Positions 1-14,500 of a stretch of 64,000 nucleotides of DNA are shown one piece after another; within the stretch, counting starts at the first letter, position 1, and each line of letters opens with the position of its first letter. The notes beneath the pieces were generated by a model. The model had not been told where the DNA came from, did no database searches, and saw only the letters and a list, made by a program, of their open reading frames with translations. Source of the stretch: Phoronis australis (taxonomy: Eukaryota > Animalia > Phoronida); contig NMRA01000122.1 of assembly GCA_002633005.1 (NCBI GenBank), positions 467,312 through 531,311 on the forward strand. The letters run 5' to 3'. The position numbers were made by a program, and so were the translations under genes.

Positions 1-240
1 TTATCATCGATCTTAATCTAAAAGGTCGGGGATTCGCGTTTCCTATTAGCACAGGGCGGTAATCACCAATCGTCAAAAGTAGGGGATGGGCGCTTAACCG
101 AGAGGTGGGCGCTTAATTGGAAATCTTCAAAAATAGCAGGGGGGCGGTTAACCGAGCAGTGGGCGGTTAAATCGAAAATCCACCTAAAGTAGGGGTGGGC
201 GGTTAACTGAGCATGGGCGTTAACCCGAACGATTACGGTA
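1..240. mobile_element. Right end of a TA-flanked CCGTA-terminus (pogo/Tc1-mariner-like) non-autonomous element, cut by the window edge
   Basis: Ends ...GGGCGTTAACCCGAACGATTACGG|TA at 240, with repeated subterminal GGGCG(G/C)TTAA(C/T)CGAG motifs. Same terminus style as 27198, 43591 and 59865. Confidence 0.6.
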
Positions 241-2564
241 ATTAAAGGTCAACGTTTTGAACCGAGTTGGACAAAAAAAATTACCGAGATATTGTGTCCC
301 TGATATCACTTTATCAATTTTACGTCTACGCATTTGAACTCACTGCACCACATTGAAACTTTACAGACATTAGAATGATGAATGTTGAACTAATATTGGA
401 GTAAAATAGTGATTTAAGCGCACTTGAACATGGGCCAAGTACTGGTGCACAGCATTGTGAGGGAAATGTAGCAGAATTAAGAGAGGGCGCTGTTGTATTA
501 CAGGATAAGAGCATTCTATCTAAGACCCCTCAAAGATTAGCACCAGCCTTGCCATCTTGTTGGATGTGGTAAAAATTTGGCATGAGCTTATATCTATGCC
601 AATTCAAACGCTTGATTAGCCTTGGTATTTATATACAGCTTTGCACCGATGTGGGTAAAAAAGTGGTAAGATAAAATCTGACACAAAATTAGTGTCATTA
701 AAAACTACAGTCTTCCTTGAGTAAACAAAATAATATAACAGTGTTGGGAAAAATTGCGTTCTACCGTTATTCTGCTGCTAAAGTTGTGGAGCGATCTTTA
801 GCGACGGCTTTCGGCGCCATGAAATATTGCGTCACCTATTGGCCAGTTTCTTTTTTCGCCGATTCTTCAATCAACTGCTGTTCTTTCACGAGCTTGCGTA
901 CACGTCACAACAAATTATTGGATCTGGTTTCACCTCATTATAATTTTTTAGAATTCTGATACCGAAAAACCGAATTTCAGAACAAATTTTGCTTCTCCGA
1001 AGTTGTCGCAGATTTAGGAAATGGCGCGTGCGCGTGACACGAGCGTATTGTTTTCGAAACAACGACATACTTTTCATTGTTAAAAAAGGCGGAGAGTTAC
1101 GCAAGAAAATGACGTTTATTGCATTGTTTCTCACTTAAACGGCTGTAACGGGCAAGGTGAGTATCAGTTGATTCCCAGATTTTGCATGCACCCCGACAGT
1201 CTTCATACAGCTAACTGGCTGGCTAATGCTTGATGTGTTGGGATAAAACAGAACCGAGGAAAGGTACACACTTGTTGCAATCCACAACAGACTTGAGGCA
1301 GCAATACCCAGACAAGATCATCGATCCCTCACCAGGCGACTGATAATCCAATCAATAATTAAGGAGAGATTAACAGCACTGTTTGTCGCAGGGTCATCTC
1401 AGCATCCCAGGCAAGCAAACAGTAACGAAGAAGAGCATGGAATCAGGGCATGACAAGACACTTCAGTGCGGACACAACCAAAACAAACATGTAGATGAAA
1501 TCAAACAACCACCTCAGTCCTGACTATTGATCAGACAGCAGTCCATTCTCAGTGATGTTATTAGACAACTGATTTACACATAGTGTCAATTGATCGGAAC
1601 ATGCTATTGTTTTTGGCGTGCATTACAGGAATGGAAAGACAATGGACACAGGCTATGCATATTTGTGGCCATTACTGCATTGCAAACAGAGCATAAAATT
1701 GGTTGTAAGGCTGTGATTAATGCGGAAAAGAGAGGAAACGAATTATCCAAGGTGTGAATTTGCACATGTAGCACAACACAATAAATTGTTGACGATGCAC
1801 AAAGCACCTCAGGGAGGATACCTGAGGAAAAAAATTAATGTTGAACTTCCACATTTCACAACTACGCTGTTGTTTGTTTTTTCATTTCAATAACTCCTTA
1901 TATAAAACAACGTATAATCGGATGTGAATTCTTCCAATACCTGAACTAAAAAATAGGATGTTATCTTCAAAAGAGCCAACTTCAATGATTTTTTTATTGT
2001 TTTTAATGTTTTCTGCTATTGTAATTGCCCCAAGAATAAATGAGAGGCCCCAATGTTAAGAAAGCATGAACTTCATCAGTATGCCATCAGATGTCACTGT
2101 CGACTCGCTGAACGGGTCACGAACCTCATCTTGTATTCGAATAGCCGGCCAACACACCGTCTGCAACTGTCACATGAAGACAAAACATCTGTTACAAGAG
2201 CTCTAATTAACATTTAGCGCACTGTGCACCAACACACAAACTCATCTGCCATTACACAATCACTGGCACCATATATACATATTAAATATAGGACGACTAA
2301 ACTGGACACCAGCTGACAACAATTGTAAAAGAAGGTCCAACAATGTTCCACTATCTAATGCATTTGGTGTGTATGCACTCTCAGCATGTGGGTGCAAGGA
2401 AATCAATGGAAAGCTCTTCAAAATGATAACAAGCATAATTAATGCACAAATGATATTGTGAGAAGCATGTGATCCCAGTGACGCAAAGTGAATGCAATTT
2501 AATACCTGAACATAAGTTTCATTAATAATACATCTGGCATTTTAAATGGAAATTACACAAAAAA

Positions 2565-2909
2565 AGACCTTTCACACCAGTTTAACACAGGGAAAAAGAA
2601 GAGTGTCAAAGTAGAGCGTTACACAAATATGATTTTTTAATTTGAAGTATTGTATGTATAGTTGAATAATAAATGGAGTTCAGTGCTTAACAGCAGAATT
2701 TTTGAAAAAAAATTAACATGTGCAATTGTTGATAGCGACACCTACTGATAACTCCGGTGAGACTGAAGTTAACGTTTTACATCACACCCAAGCATCGATA
2801 CTGAGGCTCCGCTGATCAATCTAGTTACAATGAAGTTAAGTTGGGCTTTTATCTTTGATCTAAGAAAGAAACTCCCCAAAACATCTACAGTGGCATGTGG
2901 AAAGGCCCT
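2565..2909. mobile_element. Degenerate Harbinger/PIF-like MITE (AGGGCC-type TIR)
   Basis: AGACCTTTCACACC ... ATGTGGAAAGGCCCT imperfect TIRs. Internal GACACCTACTGATAACTCCGGTGAGACTGAAGTTAA resembles the family at 7040-7515 and 35490-35809. Confidence 0.4.
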
Positions 2910-3184
2910 TAGTATAGTGAATTTTGTTCAAAATCGACACAAACTGTGAAGGTTTCAGGAGTGCAGTCAATACATTTTGAGATGTAGTCTTGACAGAGTA
3001 ATTAATATTTCCACGGTATGACATGATATTAGTATGGCCAAATACTCAGCACCTATAGGTGGAGGTGTAGTTATTAATAACTGGAAGTGTTCAAGCTAGT
3101 CAAGTACATGTTTTGAAAATTTACGAAATCGTATGTGAGGATGCAGGATCATGACTAGGACAGGGTCTGACACCGGACAGACAA

Positions 3185-3352
3185 TGGTTGTGTAGAGGGA
3201 CTGGTCCCCCTTCTGGAACAGTGTCTAGTTGTGGAAATGGACCGTGGGACTAGATCCCCTTCTGGATCAGTGTCTGGATGTGTAGAGGGGCTAGACTCCC
3301 TTCTGGACCATGGTTGTGTAGAGGGGCTAGACTCCCTTCTGGACCAGTGCCT
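3185..3352. repeat. Degenerate tandem repeat, ~36-bp unit (GGTTGTGTAGAGGGGCTAGACTCCCTTCTGGACCAT), ~4 copies
   Basis: Direct repeats are visible and explain the WSRRESSPST repeats in ORF 3155..3394. Confidence 0.8.
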
Positions 3353-6300
3353 TTGAATCACAAAAAGACCTGAAGTGAGACACAGCAGCCTCAATAGGTT
3401 GTCAGTTAATGAGGAGCTTGCCAGTCATTCCCAGGGGCTGAAGTGAGGAGGGAGTGAGTAAGCTCACATAGAGTCATTAGTAAACCGTGTGACGTATGAC
3501 TCAACAGGGCTCACCTATAAGAACAAGTAAAGTGACTAATTTGGGTGTAATTAGCTGGTGAATCAGATAACTAAACATGAACACTGACACCAATGATGTC
3601 ATACCCTGAGAGGCATGTGTGTGCTTGTGTGTATGTGACAGTATTGTGGTGCCGTTGCCTATGTATGGTTCTTGACAGTCGACTGTGTAGGATCCTGGGA
3701 GAGCACCTCCGCAATCTTTCATTTCCCACTTATCACTTAAAGGACACAACACAACACAAATTATTTCACTTAGCTACCTATAGTGTGAAAGCAGGGTCCA
3801 GGATTAAAATAACCTCGCAGCTTTGCCTAATTAACAGGCAAACTAGACCCACTTCAGACTCACAATACTTACGGTATTTGTTCCATTTTCTATCGCCGTG
3901 TGCCAAAGATGCCGCCTCGGGCGATTTCATAAAATTAACGAGAGGTCGCATTCTGCATAGCGAGCTGAAAAAACAAAACCAAGTGATTATGTTAAGTGAG
4001 TCAACAGCTGTCAATCAGAGCCTGACTGACGGCAGGTTACTCCATTATCATGGCTACTACCCAGGTCACTGGAGTAAATGTACATAGTATTTGCTAGTGT
4101 AAACTTGAGTATGCAGTCAAGTCATGTACGAGTATTAACACGTGACATACAGTAAATGTCCGTGTTGATGAATTAACTAAATCAAGCAGCGAAAAAACTC
4201 TAATTCAATCAGAATTGCTGTAAAACAATTTTTTTACTTGTTAAAATAAATTACTTGATGCTGCATTTTGCTGAGTTTAGCTGGTTAAAGAACAAAAATT
4301 GAATTACATCTGTTACTGTTATAAAATTACCCTCATAACATTTGTTACAGTGATGAGATTTTATTTAACGACAAGACAATCGAAGCCATAATCAAAAATG
4401 CTTCTGTTTACTAGGGGGTTGCTAATCCTAAAACAGCAATGTGATGTGAGATGCTGGCTCATTCGATAACAATACAAGAGCGGCGAAATGCGGCATTAAA
4501 TTTTGAAAATCTTTAATGTTGAGTTTACGCAAAATCACATTTAATTTTGAAAATGTTTATTTCTTCCCCAAGAGCTCAACATATGATTTTCCAGACTGTA
4601 TTTGTTTCAGTTGCTTTTATTACTCTGCAAACAAATGTTAGTGCGCATATTATTTCTAACCTAAAAAGAATGGAAAGTAGATACATGAAAATTTTGTAAC
4701 CATGCTAAAAATTAAGTTGGTTTTTCCTGTAGTTATTTTGTTGAAAGAGGAACTTAAAAATAAAATTACACACTTTGTCCACATTGTGCCTTGAATTGAT
4801 TTTCTAAAACAAAAATAAATAATGAAATAAATCCATCTCCAAGAAGGCAAGGTCAGTGCAACCTAAACAATGTATGATGGCAAAGTTCACCTGTTGACTT
4901 AACATATCAAAGCAGTGACCTACTTTCCATTCCAAGAGTATTTTGACCCACATTTGAAACTTAGTCAAAAATTCTTGTAAACTAGTCAACATGACAAATA
5001 AAGCACAAATGCACCAGCCAAGGAAACATTAATTAAACAGATAATTAACTGAGAAGCATCAACCATAAATAACCCCAGTTTATAACGGAACCCCTGGGAT
5101 TGTTGTGCAGCAGGTGTCATAATTATGTGCAAAAAACAACACACCTGTGACACGTGACACATTTTGCAATAAATGTAATGCCTGAATGTGTCACCAAGGT
5201 AAAGACGGCTACACAACAGCCCATTCAAGATGGATGACAAAATATACCATTAGACATACAGCATTTTAGAGTAGCAGTCATGTAATGTGAGGTGAACTCA
5301 ATCCCATTCAGCCAAGACTCTTATAAGAAATGTTGTCTTTGCATATGTTATGGAAATATGCAGTTGTATGTCACATAATCAACAACGGTTATGCATTATC
5401 CTGAAGGACACAAAAGTGCTTTAGAATAACAATTTAAACCGCAGTAATAATCCACATTACATCCAGTAAAGTTCAAGGCCAAAAATCCATCGAGGCCTGA
5501 AATTTTAATAAGAAATTTTGCCCAATTCTCACATTTACTTTTTAACAATTAATTTAGGTCCAACTATATCACAAGTTTTCAATACAAGTGTGGCATTCTG
5601 GAAAATTACTGTTTCAACCACAAAAATTATTGTGGCTTAGCTATCCTTGCCAGCTAACAGTGGCTATTGGGTACGGCAATTATTACAGATTGGGAAATGA
5701 AAATGGTAACAATTCATGTTGAAGATGCCCACTAGCAGTAAGCAGGCCAATGGTTTGAACTTTAGAGAGGCTGATTATCGCGTGTTAGAAACACTTACCA
5801 GCTCACAAGTCATTTGTTTTAATGAATTACTGTACACAGTTCACATGTGATTATTACACTCTGCAGTAATAATTACCAGCTACACATTGTCTAATCAGTG
5901 AATGGTTCTTAAGAGTGTTCTCCCCTGACTGACAAGCTTATCAAATCTCTTCCAGATCAGTAACAACATCAGCACATCAGTGAGAACAAAATGAAGGCTC
6001 AATGAGAGCCAATCAAACAGCTGTTACCTGGCCTAATTAATCAGTCTACCTGAGCCTGGGAAGTCAACACCTGGCTCGCAACATTGTATCTCATACTAAC
6101 AAAGAGTGGCTGACTATTGGAAATATCTTACATCTATAAACATAGTGTTGATTATGTAAACAAACAAGTTTATGATTACTGAGCCATTTGTATCACAGAG
6201 ATGATTCTCACTGCAATGAATTACTGTGTTGGAATGACCATATGTACTGGAGGTATTCCATCCGTGGTTGTAATCACAGAGAATGGAAGCCAACTTTTAC

Positions 6301-6647
6301 CATAGCCACCCAACCTTCATACACCCCAAGAACTTACCACACACAAAAACCTTTACTACGGAACCTGAACTCCAACCAATTTTATACCAAACAACTGGAC
6401 AACCCACTATCTATGTTATGTGGTGTTGCTGGTCTCTCATCCTCTAAAATCGTCTGTGGTAAGGACGCCCGAAAGTGTTTGGAGTTAGGTTCCGTGACAA
6501 GGTTTTTTTGTGCACGGTAAGTTTTTCCGGTGTGTGGTACAGGTATAGTTCGCACTCCATTTTTAGTCCACAAAATGGAGGAAATTCACGAGATTTAATA
6601 GTCTGGCACTTTTTCGACAAAATTCTATTTCATTACAGATGTCACAA

Positions 6648-6816
6648 CCTGATGTAGGATAAATCTTTGATTATTTTGACATCCTGATGTAGGATAAATC
6701 TTTGATTATTTTGACATCCTGATGTAGGATAAATCTTTGATTATTTTGACATCCTGATGTAGGATAAATCTTTGATTATTTTGACATCCTGATGTAGGAT
6801 AAATCTTTGATTATTT
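6648..6816. repeat. Perfect minisatellite, 35-bp unit x ~4.8
   Basis: CCTGATGTAGGATAAATCTTTGATTATTTTGACAT at 6648, 6683, 6718, 6753 and 6788. Confidence 0.97.
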
Positions 6817-7039
6817 ACAGCAAGATATGCAGTGTCAGCCTTTGAAAAAGTAAAAAATAAGTACATTTTGACAATCATTTTTGTCGATTATAGTTGAAAA
6901 TTATTTCCAAAATAAAAAGTGATAAAAACAAAGAAACCATTCAACACAGACACCAAAGTAGTTTACAGTTACCACACGTGAGGATTCAATTCCGCCATTA
7001 CATTCTTTGTACGTTCATTAATTAAGCATTTAAAATCAG

Positions 7040-7515
7040 TGAACTCCGGTATGAGCAATGCTGATTTATACATGTGAAAATAACTGAATTCTTCACACCA
7101 GCTGCAGTAGTTAAAGACATCGAAGCAAGTGACAGGTTACGCCAAGATCATTGAAGTAACCGCAAGGTAGCGCTGATACATGCCATGCGCTAAGATTTTT
7201 TTAATGTGACATCTGTGTGCCAATTGACATAAAACATATTTCTAATTCGATTGGTGATTATTTGAGCAAAATATAAGCACCTATTAGTGACGACACTGCA
7301 ATTTAATTGTTGTTGATAACAGTGGCCCCTGGCGATGGCTTCAATGGGACCAAAGTTGACCTTTGATACTGCACTGCAGCGTCGATGCTCCGCAGTAAAA
7401 TCAACCTGTTTGCTGCGAAGTTAAGTGGCGCTCTTAACTTCGATCTAGGACTGAAGTTAAAACCATACATATTCATCAAAACTTTGACGCGTCAAAATTA
7501 GTATGAAATGGCCCT
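7040..7515 (+). mobile_element. Harbinger/PIF-like MITE, uninterrupted paralog of the split copy at 30200-35809
   Basis: Colinear similarity to 30220-30424 followed directly by 35478-35809 (e.g. GAGCAAAATATAAGCA.CTATTAGTGACG.CACT, GATAACAGTGGC.CCTGGCGAT). Ends AGTATGAAATGGCCCT. Confidence 0.8.
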
Positions 7516-9660
7516 TTGACACAACACTCATTTTGATCAACTCTTAATCATTTTGTAAAAAAGTTTTTGGTCAGAATTATATAACATTATATAACTTGGG
7601 ATGGTTTAAAACAACATTAGCTACCATACCACAAGTGAATCAACTTGAGAATCTACCCCCGAAATAGCGAATTCTCAATTTAAAAAATGGCAAGAAAAAC
7701 AACAAAATTGTAACTCTGAAGGAAAGAAGAAATCTAAGAAACGTTAATGAATTTAAGAATGAAATTCATTGCTATATGAGCAAAAATATCATACCTTTAA
7801 TATTTGCATTTGTAATAATTGGAATAACAATATGAAGGGCACCTACATAAGTTATTATGAACGTAAGAATGAGCCTTATGACGATAACTCAAAGAGGACC
7901 TTCAGAGGACAACTTTTTTGAGAAGTCACTGAGAACTAAATTCATTTGCACAGAGTAACTGTCAGTTAAAGACTTGAACGCCTGGATCGCCAATTAAAAC
8001 TAAAAGATAAAGCAAATATAATGATATGCACTACATTTAACAAATAAACCCAGTCATATAGGGCATATGGCATTGATAAGTTGGTGACAAATAGCCCTCA
8101 TAAGTTATCAAAGCGGTCACTGATAAACTGGGTGCAGTTAATTTGAATACATATAGCTTGCAACACGCAGTACATATACAGGTATACCGATATAAAATGA
8201 ATACAGGTACGCGTAAAATATGTATAAAACATCGAGGTATACTAAGCTGATCATACCCCAGGCAAGTTGTGTACCGTGGGTAGTTTAATGAGGAAACACT
8301 AACGTGCACCTGCTTTTATTGGTTGTCATGGCGGCGAAGCGGTACTTTGTAATTATTCACATACAGAACAGTTCAATTTAATACCCTATAAATTTATGAT
8401 AATGAAGTTCATTTTAAGCCGAAATAAAATCACCATACATGACAAAACACATTTTACTAATAAAAACCATTTCCTGTTACGAAATCGGTCCCAAACAGTT
8501 CTAAATTAGAGGTAATTTCAGGGATTCGAGAAAACTGGCGGTTGGTTATCTGTCGACATGAAACTCTACAAGTTGGCTCGTCACCGTCACATGTACCGAG
8601 CACAGCCTGTTAGCTCTTAGCAAACCCAGATGCCACTCTACGAACGAGTTGAGGCACGAGTTGGAAAATGGTCGGAATCAAAAGTTCGCTTCTTGGACGG
8701 AATGAAAGTGTATAGCTACTGTTAAGTTATTGAATCCTAGTGTATTTGCAATTTTTGATTAGCTTGAATTGCATGGCACTGAAACTAAATACCATTGAAT
8801 GAGTTAACACAAAGCTTTGAATTTTTTCAACATTGGGTTCATTATAATTTGAGTGCCAATGTTCAGACTTTTTTGGGGGAAAACAAATTAAATTTTTCAC
8901 ATTGTTGTTGAAGAATGCAGGGACACATGGCTTTGGGAACTTAAGTACCCGGATCAAGGATCATGACTGGTTTCCATGCATCTCACTAAAAAAAACTGTG
9001 TTATTTGAATTTAAGCCTCTTCATCCACCGATCTAGGGCCTGAAACAAATATTTGCTAAAAGATAGAAGCATTCCCTGAAGGTGAGATGTGTATATTTCG
9101 TCATTTTCATTAGAAATACAAGACGTTGCCAATACCCTAATCCACTCTCGCCAGCTCTTACAGGTAAAGTTAACAGATGACCAGCTATACTCAGGGCTCT
9201 AATGACATCAAGTACTCTAGATAAATCCAGGATTAACTCTCTAGGCACACGCCAGGCACATCAAGCCACCAGCAGTATGTGGATAGAAGCCAACCAAATG
9301 AATCATGTGTATTTGCGTGTCATTAATTCTGCTTTTTAAGGTTGCCATGACCCCGCCCATGTCACCAACTGCATATATTTACATAAAATTAACGAGCCAA
9401 TAGTTTTAAATAGTAGCAAATGCACAGCTTCATAGGGTAAATTCATGCTAATACAGTAATCAACTGTCGTAAAATCGGATACATACATTTGATTTTTTCC
9501 CTGGCCAGTTCAATATAAGTTAATTTGGACAGACATTAAGTATAAGCATGTTTGTTCCAATGAAAGCAGAGGGTGCTTAAACTGAAAAACAAGAAATCTG
9601 GGGAGAGGTACCAAATGAAATACACTAAAACATATGTGGTTTTAAGTGATATTTCTTAAA

Positions 9661-9825
9661 GTTCGGGATGGGTTACAGTATTGCCAGTATGCTTATAAAA
9701 CCCTTTATCACAAAAGTTCAGGATGGGTTACAGTATTGCCAGTATGCTTATAAAACCCTTTATCACAAAAGTTCAGGATGGGTTACAGTATTGCCAGTAT
9801 GCTTATAAAACCCTTTATCACAAAA
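9661..9825. repeat. Tandem repeat, 55-bp unit x3
   Basis: GTTC(A/G)GGATGGGTTACAGTATTGCCAGTATGCTTATAAAACCCTTTATCACAAAA at 9661, 9716 and 9771. Confidence 0.97.
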
Positions 9826-9880
9826 GGATCTACAATAAACATATTGTTAGTGACATTATCTGCACAGAATCAAACCTAAC

Positions 9881-9911
9881 ACCCCTACCCCTACCCCTAC
9901 CCTTACCCCTA
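9881..9911. repeat. (CCCTAC)n microsatellite
   Basis: ACCCCTACCCCTACCCCTACCCTTACCCTA. Confidence 0.85.
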
Positions 9912-10639
9912 TCCTCCTCATTGCAGTTTAACACTGTGGTGTCCGAGGTAAACCCACCTCAAACATGGTTGAGAATTTTAAGCTTATTTACCAGGTAGTC
10001 ACTGGCCTTGTTCAGAAAATGTCTTGCAGACAACGGTGATAATTGTCAACTTGTAATAAAATAACAACAAAAAACAAGAAAATGGATTTTGTTTTATAGC
10101 TCTGGTCAATGGTAATAACTCCAAGGATTCTATTCTAAAAATAATCCCAAAAACGCCTTTTCGTCCGAAGAACAAACAACATTAGTTCCTTTAAAGACAG
10201 TATACTACGGTATGCTTGTAGAGTTCACGCATTCAGATGAGACTCACACCTTTGAACCTTTGTTCTGAGATACTTTTTTTGAAAAAAGCTTACAACACAA
10301 TTTCAAACTGAGACTAGCAAGCATTAGGTACTTGTTAAGTAGCAGATATTATTAAATCAGAACTGTTTACTACTCCCTAGCAAGCAGAAGGTGTATGAAA
10401 TTTTAGAGGGTTAATTGATTGATAAGGGATGACATATTAGTGCTCAATGGGAGATATGTACAAGGGTAATCAAATGAAGACTAATCCAGTGACCATCTGC
10501 CGGGCTCACACAATCTCAGTGGGATCACACAACAGTAGCCATCTCTCAACAACACATTCACAGGCTGCAAACAACATTCTAGAATTTAGCAGGTCGCTGT
10601 CATGCACATTTAGCACATATGCAGCGCCACCTTTAACTA

Positions 10640-10791
10640 GCTCAGCTGCAAGATTTAGCATTGCTTACTCACAAGTTGTACAGTGAGAAAAGCTCAGTGA
10701 CTGGCTCAGCTGCAATATTTAGCATTGCTTACTCACAAGTTATACAGTGAGAATAGCTCAGTGACTGTCTCAGCTGCAAGATTTAGCATTT
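10640..10791. repeat. Tandem repeat, ~64-bp unit x ~2.4
   Basis: CTCAGCTGCAA(G/T)ATTTAGCATTGCTTACTCACAAGTT(G/T)TACAGTGAGAA(A/T)AGCTCAGTGACTG repeated. Confidence 0.9.
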
Positions 10792-11189
10792 GGTGCTGTG
10801 AGAAGAGTTCAGTGACTGGTTCTATAAATACTTGGACCTAATTACAGCTGTCAGTGGCGTTAATATGCAAGTCCAGCATATAATGCTTCGTACCTGCAAA
10901 AAAAGTTACATTATCACCGACTGAGGGGTTATTTTGCTATGAATGTACCTTTCCTAAAAATGAAAATTCGACTTGAAAAAGGTGTTAATGTAATAGTAAC
11001 AATGACATAACAATGACACACAACCATATGACATATTCTATAATACCTTGATCTCAATGTGTGTCTGCCAGATATCGGTGACCATTGGCCATTTGTAATG
11101 AGATCACAAAAACAACAATTTTGTTCCACAAATCTATCCCACCCGACAATAATCATAATAATGCATTTTAAACCATAAATCTGATAATA

Positions 11190-11527
11190 GCTGCATTTAC
11201 ACGGGAAACGAGTTGTCACCGAGCAACTAAAACGGATTACAGTTGATCATGCGCAAATGTGTGTGCAAACACGGAGCAAGGTAACACTACAGCGACCATT
11301 TTTGACACCGGTTTGAGAGGTAGAGCAATTTGTACTTGATCAGTTGCTCTAGCTCCAATTACATGTCTAAACACGGGGGCAAGTGGGAAGGGATAATCTT
11401 ACGCTTGCGCAATAGCATTCCACGTGGTTTGGACATTCATCATTGTTTATGCGAGCATGCGCAGACAGTCTTCATGTAAGTGACTCATGCTGACCCAGTT
11501 TGCAATCCAATGTCGTGTAGATTCGAC
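11190..11527 (-). mobile_element. Harbinger-like MITE (GCTGCATTTACAC TIR family), inverted relative to 27713-28085
   Basis: Reverse complement aligns by eye along the length of the 27713-28085 copy (ACACCGGTTTGAGAGGTAGA vs TCTACCTCTCAAAGCCGGTGT; CAGACAGTCTTCATGTAAGTGACTCA vs TGAGTCACTTACACGAAGACTGTCTG). Confidence 0.8.
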
Positions 11528-14500
11528 AAAAGTAGAGCAAGTCGCACCATGACAACTGTTCCCCGTATAAAAACGGCTATTGTTCCTTTAAAGCACTGAT
11601 ACATATAACTGGCAGATTGCAATTTCTTTTCGTCATTCAAGACCCAGTCCATTAAAAAACACGAATCTTTAAAAATCTGACATGAGGGCAACATAGCCCC
11701 CTGATGTTGCTAATCCTTGTTTTATGAGCAAAAATGACTCCCAGTCTTCAGATAATCAACACAGGTCTGGCAATGTTGGTGCATTGGCACACAAGCATGG
11801 TATATATAAAGGTGCTTTATTAACAGGGGTTTTCCATGTCACTGAAAGGTTTCACACATATGTTGTATCGGAACTACAGCATCCTGTCTCAACATAGAGT
11901 AAAACCACTCAGCCAGAAAATTAACCATGCCACCAACAGACCTCAGTCAGGCCAAACTATAAGAAACAGACAGTACTCAACTCATTAGCTTTAGGCTAAA
12001 AAAGCGGACACTTTCTCAGGAAATAGCCCATAAAGACAGATGATAATCGGGCAGGATGTGTACAAGCCAGGACACAGGCACCGTAAAAACTGACATAAGT
12101 CACACTAACTGCATCACTTTCTTTCGGCCATATTTGGTCGTGCTTGATGCAAACCTTGTAAATCGTCATGACAGGCCACGTGTCAGCCTCATTGGCGACA
12201 CAGTCTCGTTCCTTATTAATCTGATAATCACTGTATTAATCTTCGACTATTACAGCGGTACTTCACAGCCTGTGGTGTCCTGTTACCAAATGCTTTTCAC
12301 AGACCGCCTCTACAGAGGCATACATGGTTGACCCAACGACCCTCATTTCCTGTTTTTTAAATTTGCTAAGGTTTTTGACAAGTTTTAATCAGACTTGAAT
12401 ATTTAGCCCAGATAAGTTAACCCGCAGAATAGACACTCCAACAGTCTGACGGGTGCAGGATTAATCACCCTGGGTACCAGAAGCACCAGGTGAACTCAAT
12501 GCACACTGTAAATTATGCCACTCATGACACTGTCAACTTACTGCAAAAGAAAAAAAAAACCTAAAATCTAACTGTGCGCTCAAAGTATCCTTTGATTTTT
12601 TATAAATAGCCAAAAATACTTCTAACTTGATATCAAAGGATCAAAGTGAGGCTTTATTCTAATTTCCATGGTAACCATGTGCACTTGCTTGTGTGTGCTT
12701 GAACTACATGTAGGCAGCCTCGGTTGCTCGAAAACAGAATGACAGTTTCACCAAACAAAGTTTGCAACTCCCTCTGTTGACATGATAACAAAATGGCCTT
12801 GATTAGACTACGGTGAAGAACTGTTGGAGATTTTGCCAACTAAAAAGTAGTAAATGACCTGCAGGTCGCTAATTATGAGTGACACGTCACTACCATGTTA
12901 TTTGCTATGTGTCTCATAATTAATGTAAGCAAGCCAGCATAAACTGATGGAATTTCTTGTTGAAAAACCAAGTGCTCCTTTGTAGCCAAATCCCAATTCT
13001 CACTGATCACAGGTCAGTGAACCCCGGAAGACCCAGGTAGAAGGACCTCGTGACCCCTTGGTTGCTGCATCGCGTGCCACCTGCCCATAACACAATTGTT
13101 GAGTACCTAAGGCCACAGTCATATCTCACTCTAATACAATTTGATAGGATCTGATTACCAGGCCCTATTCAGAGAATTCTCAACCATCTGCCATAGGTTT
13201 TTTGGAAGACGATAAAAGTACACTACGCCAACAATGCGGAAACAGTGAGACTGATGACTTTGCGCAGGGCACACATAGAACTGAACAGTCAGATGGCTAT
13301 TTGAGTATTTGTCTTTTCCACAGACAGTTTGTGTTGTTTGAGGCTGACACAAAAAACAAAACAAACTTTTGTAAGAAATTCTACATTACAAGTTCCATGT
13401 CTTGTTCAAAGCAAACCCACTCATAAGGTTGATTTTTTATGGAAACTTCACACCCAGACTGAAGTTTGAGTCTTATCAAATCAGAAAAAATGCAATATAA
13501 TAATTTATGGCTCAGGACCTTTTCGGTCACCCTACAAGGGATATGTACTACATTACTAAAAGAACATGCAAGCTCTACCTACTTAACTATACAGAATGTT
13601 ACAATAATGAGTTTCACTAGAACATGATATTAACAATTTACTTAAACAAGATTAGAATGAATAACATATTTAATTTCAACATTTGGAGTTGATTACAAAG
13701 GCTACGAATACACTGATATTCTTCACTAAATTTAAAGCTGATTTGCATATCTGAGTTTCTGGGACTTATTAACAAAATCAGTGTACCTCAAGTAGTGTGC
13801 AAATAAAAGTCAATTTCCCGTATTAAAAAGACAGCTACTTTAACTTGGTGAGCTAATGGTAACAAACAGAACAGTTAACTGTGGCAATGGTGAAGGAGAC
13901 AGATTTGAATAATAGAAAGAGTAAACTAGAGCCACACAAAGTACACAACTACACTGCAAATAGTGTACATCTAGGAGTGTTTACAAACACGATTAAGATA
14001 ATTAGAGTAATTTTTCCACTATCATTTCAAAGCTAGAAATCGATTGGTTGCTGGCACATCCCAGCAGAGTTGCAAATTATAGGCGTCTACCTGAAAACTG
14101 ACGGTGCATTTTTTTAAACCACAAACTGCAGGTTTTTGGCAAAATTTGCCAAAAAACTTTGCCAAAAATGGACTAACAAAGAATTTATAGACAAAAACCA
14201 AAATGGCCTACGGGAAGTGCCACGATAGTTGAATCTGTCTGAAATCATCTGGTGCCAGCACACCTCCGCTGTACGACTCGTAAAAGGATTTCTGAAATAA
14301 TGACTTACTGGCAGTATGCTGACCATATGTGACCACATTTTTGAAGAGGCATAAAAATAATAATAATATTCAACTCTTGAACACAGCCTGCTTCCGTATA
14401 AGGACATCACAGTTCAATGGCATGTAACTTGTGGAAATGGTAATCTGCAATTGCCGTAAAATCTCGCCAACTTGGGACAAAAATAATTGTAAAATTGACC

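Noticed and set aside
241-1140. TTAA-AGG start suggesting another Kolobok MITE; similar single ends near 28871 and 41660
   Set aside because: No matching opposite TIR with TTAA was located.
3593-4087. 164-aa ORF, the longest outside the gap
   Set aside because: No recognisable domain, includes TG-rich low-complexity sequence, and has no supporting exon structure.
6648-6816. 35-bp repeat of CRISPR-like length (also the 27-29-bp and 45-bp arrays)
   Set aside because: Units are head-to-tail with no unique spacers, there are no cas genes, and the context is eukaryotic; these are minisatellites.
9881-9911. Interstitial telomere repeat
   Set aside because: The unit is CCCTAC rather than CCCTAA and there are only ~5 copies; an ordinary microsatellite.
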